Notes: generated from the sequence alone by a model not told the origin. A stretch of 64,000 nucleotides of DNA from Spirochaetaceae bacterium 4572_59 (GCA_002084805.1 NBMC01000005.1:29520-93519), one strand, 5' to 3'; positions 39,301 through 47,956 are shown, numbered from the stretch's first letter. A program made the numbers and translations.

Positions 39301-41315
39301 GGGATGAAGAGTTTGGCCGGAATTTGGAATCCTTTCTTCCTGGTGAACCCTGGAAAAAATTGATAGAACTATCCCGCCCCTATCAAGACAAAAGGGACGA
39401 TACCGGACATTTTGAAACAGTGACTATCTGGGCATGGACTCTTCTTGAACAGATAGAAATTGAAGCAGATCGTGAACTGGTATTACTTGCTGCCCTACTG
39501 CACGATATAGGATGGAGTCAACTCAGTGAACTTGCACTGAAAGAGCTGTTTTCACAGGATTTGAACGCTTCCAAAGCCCTGAGACTCAGGCGGGATCATG
39601 AAGTTCGAGGCGCTGAGTTGGCCATGAAGCTTATGGATGAGGCCGGAATTTCAGCAGATCTTACCCAAAAGGTCTGCCTTCTGATTAACGGTCATGATAC
39701 CCGCGAGGGATTCCTTTCAGTAGAGGATGGAATCCTGCAGGATGCTGACAGCCTGTGGATGGTCAGCAATAAGGGATTTGAAGCTGACTTGAGACGGAGA
39801 AAAATTTCTGCTGCCAGCTGGGGCTTATTCCTTGAAAATGAGTTCAGAAAGGAGCAGTTCTTTTTTACCCGAACTGCCAGGGACTGGGCCGTACAGCGGC
39901 TCTCCCAGCTGAGGAATGGATATTCCGTTCCACAAGCAGGCATTGTTAAGATACCAAGGATACTTATTTGTCATTACAGGGTCGGCTGGACCGATGGGGT
40001 ATCCCTTGAAATTGAAAAAAGGCAGGCCATCCTGGAAGAGATGGGATTCCACTGCTCTCTCCTTGCCGGTCCTGGGAGCAGCGGTGCTGATTACATCATC
40101 CCGGAATTGGACTTTGATACAGAAGAAGCCAGAAGGATCAGTAGAAATGCCTTTGGTGGTCTGAAAGACTACATAAGAGAAAAAGACCTTGAAAAGGATA
40201 TCCTTAATCTTTCTGATAAGATTGAAAAAAATCTTTCCTCATTATTGGATGCGATAAAGCCGGATTTTATACTCCTACATAATATATTTTCCCACGGCCG
40301 TCATATTGCAGCAGCCAGAGCATTTACCGCCTGTCTTAAACATTATGGAACTCCCTCCCTGGCCACCCACCACGATTTTTATTGGGAAAGGGATGATTTC
40401 AAAGAACCCAGCGGCCCCATAATCAGAGATTTTCTGAAACGCTATGTACCTCCTGTTATTCCCGGATTGAAACATGCTGTCATCAACTCACTGGCAGCGG
40501 AAGAACTCCGGAGAAGATACGCCATCAATGCCATGATCTTTCCGGATACTCTGGATTTTTCTCAGGATCAGTGGAAAAAGGATGGGTATAACGGACATCT
40601 CCTGAATGATTTCAGTCTGAATGAAGATGATATTTTTATCCTTCAGGCAACCAGGATTGTCAGAAGAAAGGGAATCGAACTTATCCCGCCTCTTATTAAA
40701 ATGTTAAACAGCCCTGCCTATCTAAATCAGATTCGGAATAAAACTCTGTTTAACGGGAAAAAAACTAGTATTGGGAGCCGTTTTGTCTTTCTATTGGCAG
40801 GATATGCGGAACAGGAAGCCGAAGAGTACAGAGATCAGCTGGAATCCATGATGAGAAACTTGGAGATTCCCCATCGCTTCCTCCGCCCCAGAATAGCCGT
40901 AAAGAGAACCTGGGAGAAGGGTATGCGCATCTACTCTCTCTTTGATACCTACCCCTATGCAGACCTGGTAGCCTATCCCAGTCTGTTTGAAGGCTGGGGT
41001 AATCAGTTTATAGAGGCAGTATTTGCCCATAAGCCTGTTATGGTGCATGAGTATCCTGTATTCCGTTCAGATATCCACCCCATAGGATATTCCATTATCT
41101 CCCTGGGAGAAGAGACGAGTCAAAGGGCTGACGGATTGCATGAGATGAGAGAAAAGGACATCGAAAATGCCTGTCAGCATATAGTAGATCAGCTATTATC
41201 GGATAAGACTCCCGCACGGCTTGAGAAGAACTATGATCTGGCACGGTCTAACAACTCCTATGAAACCCTGAGAAGACTTATGAAAGAAAGCATGGAACAT
41301 TATGACAATTTATGA
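39297..41315 (+). CDS. HD-domain / GT-B glycosyltransferase-like fusion protein
   Basis: 672 aa. N-terminus is an HD phosphohydrolase (DDTGHFETV..., LLAALLHDIGW, HD). C-terminal ~450 aa resemble a GT4-type fold (LAGYAEQEAEEY..., YPSLFEGWGNQFIEAVFAHKPVMV). The ATG overlaps the stop of the ATPase gene (ATGA). Confidence 0.65.
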   Translation: MRDEEFGRNLESFLPGEPWKKLIELSRPYQDKRDDTGHFETVTIWAWTLLEQIEIEADRELVLLAALLHDIGWSQLSELALKELFSQDLNASKALRLRRDHEVRGAELAMKLMDEAGISADLTQKVCLLINGHDTREGFLSVEDGILQDADSLWMVSNKGFEADLRRRKISAASWGLFLENEFRKEQFFFTRTARDWAVQRLSQLRNGYSVPQAGIVKIPRILICHYRVGWTDGVSLEIEKRQAILEEMGFHCSLLAGPGSSGADYIIPELDFDTEEARRISRNAFGGLKDYIREKDLEKDILNLSDKIEKNLSSLLDAIKPDFILLHNIFSHGRHIAAARAFTACLKHYGTPSLATHHDFYWERDDFKEPSGPIIRDFLKRYVPPVIPGLKHAVINSLAAEELRRRYAINAMIFPDTLDFSQDQWKKDGYNGHLLNDFSLNEDDIFILQATRIVRRKGIELIPPLIKMLNSPAYLNQIRNKTLFNGKKTSIGSRFVFLLAGYAEQEAEEYRDQLESMMRNLEIPHRFLRPRIAVKRTWEKGMRIYSLFDTYPYADLVAYPSLFEGWGNQFIEAVFAHKPVMVHEYPVFRSDIHPIGYSIISLGEETSQRADGLHEMREKDIENACQHIVDQLLSDKTPARLEKNYDLARSNNSYETLRRLMKESMEHYDNL

Positions 41316-42633
41316 GTCAGCCGGTCTCAGTATTGAACTTAAGACAGAGAATATTCTTTATGAAGAACTGATTATCCGGGGGGAGGCGTACTGCGTTTGG
41401 CCTAATAGAGAAGGTGAAGGTTTTACTCTTGATGCCATTAAGAATGCCCTGGATAAAAATCACTGTCAAAGGAGCGGGTTATCCCTCTCCTGGCCTGCCA
41501 CTGCCTCATCACGTTCTCTTCTTCTGAAACCGCTGGCGGCCTCCCCTTTTCTGATTCAAAAAAAGAATACTAACGAAGGATTCCATGAAGAGATCAGGAT
41601 CTTTGCTGATACAGAAGAGCGGATCAGGATTCGTTTCTGCGGAAAACCAGGCCAATTTGAAATTTCGGAACTCCCGGATCATGATCCGAAAATATCTGAA
41701 CCGAAAACATCTGATATGAAAGGACTGGCAAAACAGTTTCAACTTGGTCTGATTGGCCCCCGGGGAGAGTGCCATATACCCCCTGATCAGGGATTCAAGG
41801 CTCTCCTCCCCCTGGGAAAAGAGATTCTCAAAAGCTATCCCCTAGAGAAAAATCATCATATTCTGCACCTTTTCGGATATGCGGCCGGCCATGACAGGGG
41901 CTACCCCGACTACAGCCCTTCTGAAAAACTGGGGGGATGGGACTGTTTCAAAGAGACATTGAATGCCTTAAAAACCATGGGATTCAGAATTTCACTGTAT
42001 ATGAATGCCCGTCTATTGGATAAATCCCGCACGTTAGACTATTCCCATCTCAAAAATGGTATTTTGAAAGACTCGGAAGGAAATGAACAGACAGAAGAGT
42101 ATTTCGGAAGGATATTCTATGTTATGAACCCCGGATTCAGCCTCTGGTGCGATGAGCTTTACAAGGAGTCTCTGAAACTACAGGAGCTGGGAGCAGACTG
42201 GGTACAGCTGGATCAGGTTGCCGGCCGGGCGGCTCTAGTTCCTCCCGGGGATCCCTGGGGCCAGGGATATAATTCTCTTATTCAAAGGATTCAGAGCGGG
42301 GGTATGAAGGTATGGATTCAGGGAGTGTCTGATTATTATGGAGCTGACTGTTATGAGATGACCTGGAGAAATCTGAATATTCTGGAAGGGGGTATTTTGC
42401 GGGGAGGAAATCCTTTTGGAAAGAACGATCTCAGTCTTCTAAAAGCACTTTCCGAAAAAGGCGAGTTTTCAGGATCTCTTTTAATACCACTCTCAAAGTA
42501 CAGGGAGACAGACATGGAAGGCTTTGATTTCCGCCTGGATATGATGGGAGAAAAGGGTGCGTTGCCCCTCTATGGCCCCGGATATCTAGATTATCTTCAT
42601 CATTTACAAAGGGGGCCATCTCATGACTCATAA
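41302..42633 (+). CDS. hypothetical protein, possibly TIM-barrel glycoside-hydrolase-like
   Basis: 443 aa overlapping the upstream gene by 14 nt. The segment HLFGYAAGHDRGYPDYSPSEKLGGW...ISLYMNARL...WVQLDQVAG looks like a glycosidase-type barrel, but I cannot name a family. Confidence 0.5.
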   Translation: MTIYESAGLSIELKTENILYEELIIRGEAYCVWPNREGEGFTLDAIKNALDKNHCQRSGLSLSWPATASSRSLLLKPLAASPFLIQKKNTNEGFHEEIRIFADTEERIRIRFCGKPGQFEISELPDHDPKISEPKTSDMKGLAKQFQLGLIGPRGECHIPPDQGFKALLPLGKEILKSYPLEKNHHILHLFGYAAGHDRGYPDYSPSEKLGGWDCFKETLNALKTMGFRISLYMNARLLDKSRTLDYSHLKNGILKDSEGNEQTEEYFGRIFYVMNPGFSLWCDELYKESLKLQELGADWVQLDQVAGRAALVPPGDPWGQGYNSLIQRIQSGGMKVWIQGVSDYYGADCYEMTWRNLNILEGGILRGGNPFGKNDLSLLKALSEKGEFSGSLLIPLSKYRETDMEGFDFRLDMMGEKGALPLYGPGYLDYLHHLQRGPSHDS

Positions 42634-42665
42634 GATGGCCCCAGCACAATAAACACAAGCCCGAA

Positions 42666-42985
42666 TTATGCGCTTACAAGTTTTTTATTCACCATTTTCC
42701 GTACAGTTTTCAGATCCAGTATACCCATAGGAACGGGGATTTTAATTTTCTGAAACAAGCAGGCTCCACCGATACCCCCGAAAATTCCTATTCCCATTAT
42801 TAACAGGATACTTGAACTTGAATCTAAAAATGACTCCTCTTTCAGCATCGTGCTGATGGAAGAAAGCTGTTTCAGATATTCCGTGTGCTGATTATAGGCA
42901 GCAGCCACCATAAAAACTATTTTTACCGGACTATTGTCCAGAGACTGATAGTCAAAGATCTCTTTTTTGTTGACTGCGATTGATC
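42666..42985 (-). pseudogene. internally deleted ghost copy of the HTH-EIIA / antiporter gene pair
   Basis: The translation splices three pieces that match 48130-47957, 47953-47862 and 46372-46301 of the intact locus. It reads ...SIAVNKKEIFDYQSLDNSPVKIVFMVAAAYNQHTEYLKQLSSISTMLKEESF | LDSSSSILLIMGIGIFGGIGGACLFQKIKIP | VPMGILDLKTVRKMVNKKLVSA*. Confidence 0.85.
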
Positions 42986-42998
42986 ACAGGAGGTAGAT

Positions 42999-43559
42999 AT
43001 GAATAACCGCATTGGTCTTTCGCTGGTTTCAATGAAATCTGCAGAAGAGATTAAAGAGTTAATCAATCAATATTGAAAACAAACAGGACAAAAAGCCCTA
43101 TTTGAACTTTCCTATGAAATGGATTCCGGATTTATAGAGAACGTCGGTTTTCTTAATAATCGGATTCTCTCTGCTCATGCGCCCTGTCCAAACAGCAGTT
43201 TTTTACCAAATTTGGGAAGTAATAATCCTGCAGTTGTTGAAGACGGTCTCAATTTGATTCGTAAAACAGCTGAAACGGTCAGCCGCTTCTTTATCAGTTT
43301 AAGCTGGGATCCATTTATACTGGCGGTATCCAAAGATCTTCCCTATACAACAGTAGAAACACTGATAGAGGCTGCACAAGCTGCCCCTAGTACAATTACC
43401 CTCGAAAATGCAGGTGGCGGTTCCACTGCTGTTGCATCGAATTCAATCAATTTGAGTTTTAACAGGATTTTCAACGCTGTTCCATTTTCCGGCGGAGGTT
43501 CTGAGAAGATCTCGATACATATTTCAACAGCATTGCAGCTTCCTTCGGAGATGCTTTAA
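42999..43559 (+). pseudogene. chimeric remnant: sugar-phosphate isomerase/epimerase (TIM barrel)-like N-terminus joined to a TctC/Bug-type binding-protein fragment
   Basis: AGGAGG+ATG then MNNRIGLSLVSMKSAEEIKELINQY, an in-frame TGA at 43074, then ...FELSYEMDSGFIENVGFLNNRILSAHAPCPN...VVEDGLNLIRKTAE. This switches abruptly to PFILAVSKDLPYTTVETLIEAAQAAPSTITLENAGGGS...AVPFSGGGSE. The TctC-like sequence continues in another frame (LDTYFNSIAASFGDALKAAG) to about 43650. Confidence 0.55.
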
Positions 43560-44114
43560 AGGCTGCCGGCCTTGAAATGCTACTTAACTTTCAGACATTT
43601 TTCTGGATTGATCCTTGGCTTCCCTACCCGGCCTTACAGCAACCATGGGAATTGCCTTAATGCTTCCCATAAGTCTCTACCTGCCAGCGGCAATATTGGA
43701 AAGGGGATCAAAGTTGGATCCGGTTGGCAGGAATTGTACTACCGGATTTTTTTAACATGAGAGCTATAGAACTTGGAAACGCTGATACGGGCGAATCTCA
43801 GCTCTATCTCGAAGCTTTGGATTCCGTAGAGAAAAATAAAATTAAAAAAGCTCTGAGCACTCTTCGAACTGTTTTAAAAAATGTCCACTCTGAAGATGAA
43901 AACTATAAATTTCATACCACTTTTTTGAGAGTAGAACGTCCCCTACTCTGCCGTTATGATAATATGATGGAGTTTTTTCCTGTCTGACAGAAGATCGAGT
44001 CCCTGCTTAAGGCAAACAGCTTAAGGGAAAAAGCCTCAGACTGCCCCCCAGAAGCAGAGCCGGTTTTTTATATTTCCTGCCATGAAGATATCCTACTATT
44101 CATGGCTTAAATCA

Positions 44115-45473
44115 TCACATTTTTTTAAGAATATCTTCGGCAGCTAGAACCACTCCGTTAGCAGCAGGGAAAAAGGATTGATAGGGCTGGGAGGAATAAC
44201 TCAACTCGCTAAGATCTTCTACCGTAGAGTTTTTCTGAATGGCATAACTCAACAGGTCGATTCTTCCTGTTACAGGTTCTCCGCTGACAATCTGAGCTCC
44301 AAGGATTTTACCCGTTGCCTTATCCGCAACAAGCTTGAATTTCAACTCTTTTGCATCGGGCATGATGGGAAATTGCGTGGTAACTTCGCTGTAACCGCTA
44401 ATTACATCATATCCGGCGTTTTTGGCAACACTCTCTGACAGACCGGTTCCTCCTACATAATACTTACCGACCTTAGTAGCCGCCCCATTATAAAAACCGG
44501 GGTAGGACTTATTTTTCCCCATCATATTAAAACCAAGAACTTTTGCCATAGGAACGGCATTTGTGGCCAGTTTACCAGGAGCTGTTTTACCTGTTATAGC
44601 ACTTTTAAACTGTGTACAGTCGCCGACGGCATAAACATCCGGCAGGCTTGTTTCCATTTTATCGTTAATGACAATTCCATCCCGTCCAAGTTCAATAGTG
44701 CTGTCTTTTACAAGATCTGTCACAGCTTTCATTCCGGCAGCAAAAATAACAATACCATCATGAGTCCCTGATTCCGCATTCTCTTCTTTGGCTTCAAAGT
44801 GAATTTTGTGACCGTTATCCAACTCTACATGCTGCACCCATTCTGATCCCCCAAGAGAAACAACCTTTGCTTCAAGATGAATATTTATTCCCGCGTTCAG
44901 CATTTCAGCCTTCATATCTTCGGTCATTTCACTATCAACCAGATTGGGCAGAATTGAAGAAGTCATATCGACAAGATTCACTTCTAATCCAGCTTTTTTC
45001 AATGCCTGTGCCAGTTCTATACCAATAGCGCCCGCTCCAACGACAACTGCTTTTTTAACACCTGAGGATATTGTGGCCTGTAAAGCGGATAAATCTTTTT
45101 CAGTTTTAAAACCACTGACTCCTTTAAGGTCTGATCCCTTGACTGGTGGAATAAATGGTTCTGCCCCGGTTGCAATAACAAGCTGTTTATAAGCTAATTG
45201 AGTGGAATCTGACAATGTGACGTTTTTACCATCAAAATCGATTTCTGTAACCGTATCTCTGATAAAATCAGCTCCTGACTCTGTAATAAGTGTATTACTC
45301 TTCAGGGTTTTCTCTATATCGAATAATCCCTCAATGGCATAAGGCATTGCACAATAGATCATAGAACTGCTTTCAGGTCTGATGATCACCATCTTTTTTT
45401 TATTTCCAAGTAATTTTGCAAGTGTGATCGCTGCAGGACCGCCACCCACAACAACAAGTTCATATTCAGTCAT
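44115..45473 (-). CDS. FAD-dependent pyridine nucleotide-disulfide oxidoreductase (CoA-disulfide reductase / NADH oxidase family)
   Basis: 452 aa with dinucleotide folds VVVGGGPAA and VVVGAGAIGIELA. A single redox Cys sits in SMIYCAMPY at the CoADR/Nox position. Confidence 0.88.
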   Translation of the reverse strand: MTEYELVVVGGGPAAITLAKLLGNKKKMVIIRPESSSMIYCAMPYAIEGLFDIEKTLKSNTLITESGADFIRDTVTEIDFDGKNVTLSDSTQLAYKQLVIATGAEPFIPPVKGSDLKGVSGFKTEKDLSALQATISSGVKKAVVVGAGAIGIELAQALKKAGLEVNLVDMTSSILPNLVDSEMTEDMKAEMLNAGINIHLEAKVVSLGGSEWVQHVELDNGHKIHFEAKEENAESGTHDGIVIFAAGMKAVTDLVKDSTIELGRDGIVINDKMETSLPDVYAVGDCTQFKSAITGKTAPGKLATNAVPMAKVLGFNMMGKNKSYPGFYNGAATKVGKYYVGGTGLSESVAKNAGYDVISGYSEVTTQFPIMPDAKELKFKLVADKATGKILGAQIVSGEPVTGRIDLLSYAIQKNSTVEDLSELSYSSQPYQSFFPAANGVVLAAEDILKKM

Positions 45474-45521
45474 CTATTTTCTCCTGTATTATTAGTTTAT
45501 TATAATGAGAAATCATATTGA

Positions 45522-45758
45522 TTATCCCTTATTCTCTTTTCTATCATTTAGCAGTTCTTCACGTATCATTGTTTTTCCGCATTCCGGGCATTTCAGCTCA
45601 GTACAGGATATACCGCGGCTATGAGCTACCTTAGCTCCGCATTTAGCACAGATACAATAACCACCGGAACCATATCCTCCCCCGCTGCGCCCCTGACCCT
45701 GTCCACGACCACCTTGTCCCTGACCTTGTCCCATACCATTACCAGATCCTCTCGGCAT
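45522..45758 (-). CDS. small Gly-rich protein with C-terminal Cys4 zinc ribbon (DUF5320-like)
   Basis: 78 aa: MPRGSGNGMGQGQGQGGRGQGQGRSGGGYGSGGY then CICAKCG...CPECG. AGGAGA lies 7 nt upstream and the gene is probably co-transcribed with the flavoprotein. Confidence 0.6.
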   Translation of the reverse strand: MPRGSGNGMGQGQGQGGRGQGQGRSGGGYGSGGYCICAKCGAKVAHSRGISCTELKCPECGKTMIREELLNDRKENKG

Positions 45759-45793
45759 ATAATTTCTCCTGCATGTTTTTTATTTACGAATTT

Positions 45794-45822
45794 AACATAA
45801 TGAGCATATGATCATAAGTCAA
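45794..45822 (-). promoter_or_regulatory. candidate promoter with embedded palindrome for the DUF5320-like/flavoprotein pair
   Basis: Minus strand reads TTGACT (45822-45817), a 17-nt spacer, then TATGTT (45799-45794). The spacer contains the perfect palindrome TATGATCATA (45807-45816). Confidence 0.5.
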
Positions 45823-46038
45823 TATCTATTATTCTTTATATTACATTTTCTTTATTTACTAGGAGAACAACGGCAGTATCAGGGTAAAAGTCACTTGATT
45901 GGAGAGCAGGTTCAAAACGTCATCATTATACTACTTGAATCAAAGCACGAGGATTAAGCTCGAAGGAAAGGAAAATGCGGTTCAGGTAAAACCTGTGTCC
46001 TCAGGATGGCAAGCTACTCTCTTCACCGGGGGGACTTG

Positions 46039-46098
46039 CAATTCACAGTAGAGCTACCCCCTGAGACAGGGCTCTACTGTGAATTGGGAGAGTTTTTT
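46039..46098 (+). other. orphan long perfect hairpin followed by T6
   Basis: caattcacagtagagc (46039-54) pairs with gctctactgtgaattg (46071-86), a 16-bp perfect stem. The 16-nt loop can itself pair (CCTG/CAGG). T6 lies at 46093-98. No plus-strand gene lies upstream. Confidence 0.7.
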
Positions 46099-46217
46099 AT
46101 CAGACCCAATGTCTCCTGATCTGATTCCATAATCACTCCGCCCTTCAGCATTTCTGCCAAGCCTACTTTACTCTTCCATGTTACTGTCTGTCTGGCAGAC
46201 CAGGTCTGTTCGCTCAT
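46074..46217 (-). pseudogene. PdxS (PLP synthase) N-terminal fragment
   Basis: 47-codon ORF MSEQTWSARQTVTWKSKVGLAEMLKGGVIM|ESDQETLGLIKNSPNSQ*. The segment K.GLAEMLKGGVIM is the conserved PdxS N-terminus (normally followed by DV...). Similarity ends after about 30 residues. Confidence 0.45.
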
Positions 46218-46300
46218 AGCGGCCTCCAGCCTTTATCAATTCAGGTTGAGATTTCTGATTTCTTCCAGACCTTGATCCTGCCATAATGCTTGCCCTCTGT

Positions 46301-47956
46301 TTAAGCCTTTACCAGCTTTTTATTCACCATTTTCCGTACAGTTCTCAGATCCAGCATCCCCAAAGGAACGGGATTTTCTTCTGTTTCCACAACAGGAAGC
46401 TGCTCCCGACCAATCTGTTTCATTGTTTTCATTGCCTCTTCGAGAGGGGAAGAACTTGAAATCAGCTCTATTCTGTTGGAGATAACATCCCCCACCAGGA
46501 GCCATTCCCAGGTATCCTGAGAACCAATCAGCTGTTTCAGATCATTCATAGAAATCATTCCCACAGACTTATTATCCTGATCCACAACTGGAAGACAGAA
46601 ATATTCACATTCAGCAAAAAGAGTGACAACTTTTCTCACCGAATCAGTACTCCTTACAATAGGGACCTTTTCATCAAGAACATCTGAAACCTTCCATTCT
46701 GCAATAACATCTTCTTCTGTAATATTTCGTCCTGTTTCTCCGGCCAGTTTTACCGCAAGCTTTGTCATGGGAGGACCGATAACCTGAACAATAAAGGTCG
46801 TTGCGGTTACACCGGTAATAATAATATCACTCAGATTGATACCTTCGGCTATCTGAAGATCCTGCAGATGCTGGGTTGCCATGATGGATAGACCAATTGC
46901 AACACCCCCCTGGGCAAACAGAGAGAGACCTGTATATTTTCTGACAACAGGAACAGCTCCGGATACTTTGGCACCGATCCAAGCACCGCCCATTTTACCG
47001 AGGCTCCTCAAAATCACATACAGGGCAACAATTATCCATAAAAACAGAGGCATATTTCCCAGGACAAGCCTTGCCCCTACCAGTACAAAAAATAGAACAT
47101 ATATGGGCGCAGAGAAACTTTTTATGAGTTCAAAAAACTCCTTACTTCGCTGGGGGGCCATATTTGTAACAACAATCCCCATGGTCATCGCCGCCAGAAT
47201 AACATCTATATTGAAAATAAGAGACAGGGATATAACAATAAACAGGGTTCCTATCCCGAAGATCATGGTTCTGGTCTTATCAGTACTGAAATGCACAATA
47301 AGATTCATAATATAACCCGCAAAACCGCCCAGAAGGACAGCGCCAAAGAGCTCTATACAGATCCCTATAAGCTGGGAAATAAGAGATGCCTCCCCTCCCA
47401 GGATCATCTGAGCGAGACCGGTTCCCAATCCGTAAAGGGCCATAGCAAGAGCATCATCAAGGGCAACAATGGCTATAACAGTCGTTGTTAATACTCCTTT
47501 GGCTCTATACTCCCATAAAACGGACATGGTGGATGCCGGGTCGGTTGCCGACGCAATGGCTCCGAATACAATTCCTGCTGCCATGGATGCGGCAAAATTA
47601 TTTGTAAACATATAAAGGACCAGACTGATAGCAATGGTCACAAGGGTAAAGGAAAGGACCCCTTCTCCCAGCAGTATGGCTGAAAACTGTTTCCCGTACT
47701 TTTTCATGGTACTGCCGTGAAGCTCTCCACCGACCATAAAGCCAATGATACCAAGGGCAAAATAGTTGAAGTTCTCAAGGGACTGAATGATATCACTATC
47801 AATCAGATGCAGACCACTCTTACCAATTATGATCCCGATGGCAAGGTAACCCAGTACCTGGGGAATTTTAATTTTCTGAAACAACCAGGCCCCCCCGATA
47901 CCTCCGAAAATACCTATTCCCATAATTAAAAGAATACTTGAACTGGAATCCAACAT
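46301..47956 (-). CDS. cation:proton antiporter (Na+/H+ exchanger family) with C-terminal tandem CBS domains
   Basis: 551 aa with about 12 TM segments (GIGIFGGIGGAWLFQKIKIPQVLGYLAIGIIIGKSGL...). The C-terminal ~140 aa carry two CBS repeats (CLPVVDQDNKSVGMISMNDL, QLPVVETEENPVPLGMLDLRTV). Confidence 0.88.
   Translation of the reverse strand: MLDSSSSILLIMGIGIFGGIGGAWLFQKIKIPQVLGYLAIGIIIGKSGLHLIDSDIIQSLENFNYFALGIIGFMVGGELHGSTMKKYGKQFSAILLGEGVLSFTLVTIAISLVLYMFTNNFAASMAAGIVFGAIASATDPASTMSVLWEYRAKGVLTTTVIAIVALDDALAMALYGLGTGLAQMILGGEASLISQLIGICIELFGAVLLGGFAGYIMNLIVHFSTDKTRTMIFGIGTLFIVISLSLIFNIDVILAAMTMGIVVTNMAPQRSKEFFELIKSFSAPIYVLFFVLVGARLVLGNMPLFLWIIVALYVILRSLGKMGGAWIGAKVSGAVPVVRKYTGLSLFAQGGVAIGLSIMATQHLQDLQIAEGINLSDIIITGVTATTFIVQVIGPPMTKLAVKLAGETGRNITEEDVIAEWKVSDVLDEKVPIVRSTDSVRKVVTLFAECEYFCLPVVDQDNKSVGMISMNDLKQLIGSQDTWEWLLVGDVISNRIELISSSSPLEEAMKTMKQIGREQLPVVETEENPVPLGMLDLRTVRKMVNKKLVKA

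Noticed and set aside
43724-43987. 87-aa plus-strand ORF (MAGIVLPDFFNMRAIELGNADTGES...)
   Set aside because: It has no recognisable motif or RBS and lies inside the decayed 42.6-44.1 kb scar. I cannot support it as a gene.
44020-44075. A5...T6-flanked segment downstream of the flavoprotein gene as a bidirectional terminator
   Set aside because: I could pair only two 3-4 bp blocks between the A and T runs. That is insufficient stem support.
46020-46140. TPP-riboswitch-like strings (CTGAGA at about 46061, CCTGATCTG at about 46113)
   Set aside because: The CTGAGA lies in the loop of the long hairpin, not after a P3 stem. The GGGGUGC/ACCC pairing and the UAAUGCCAGCG part are not reproduced. No plus-strand gene follows. 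This looks like a chance resemblance, and a cmscan would settle it.
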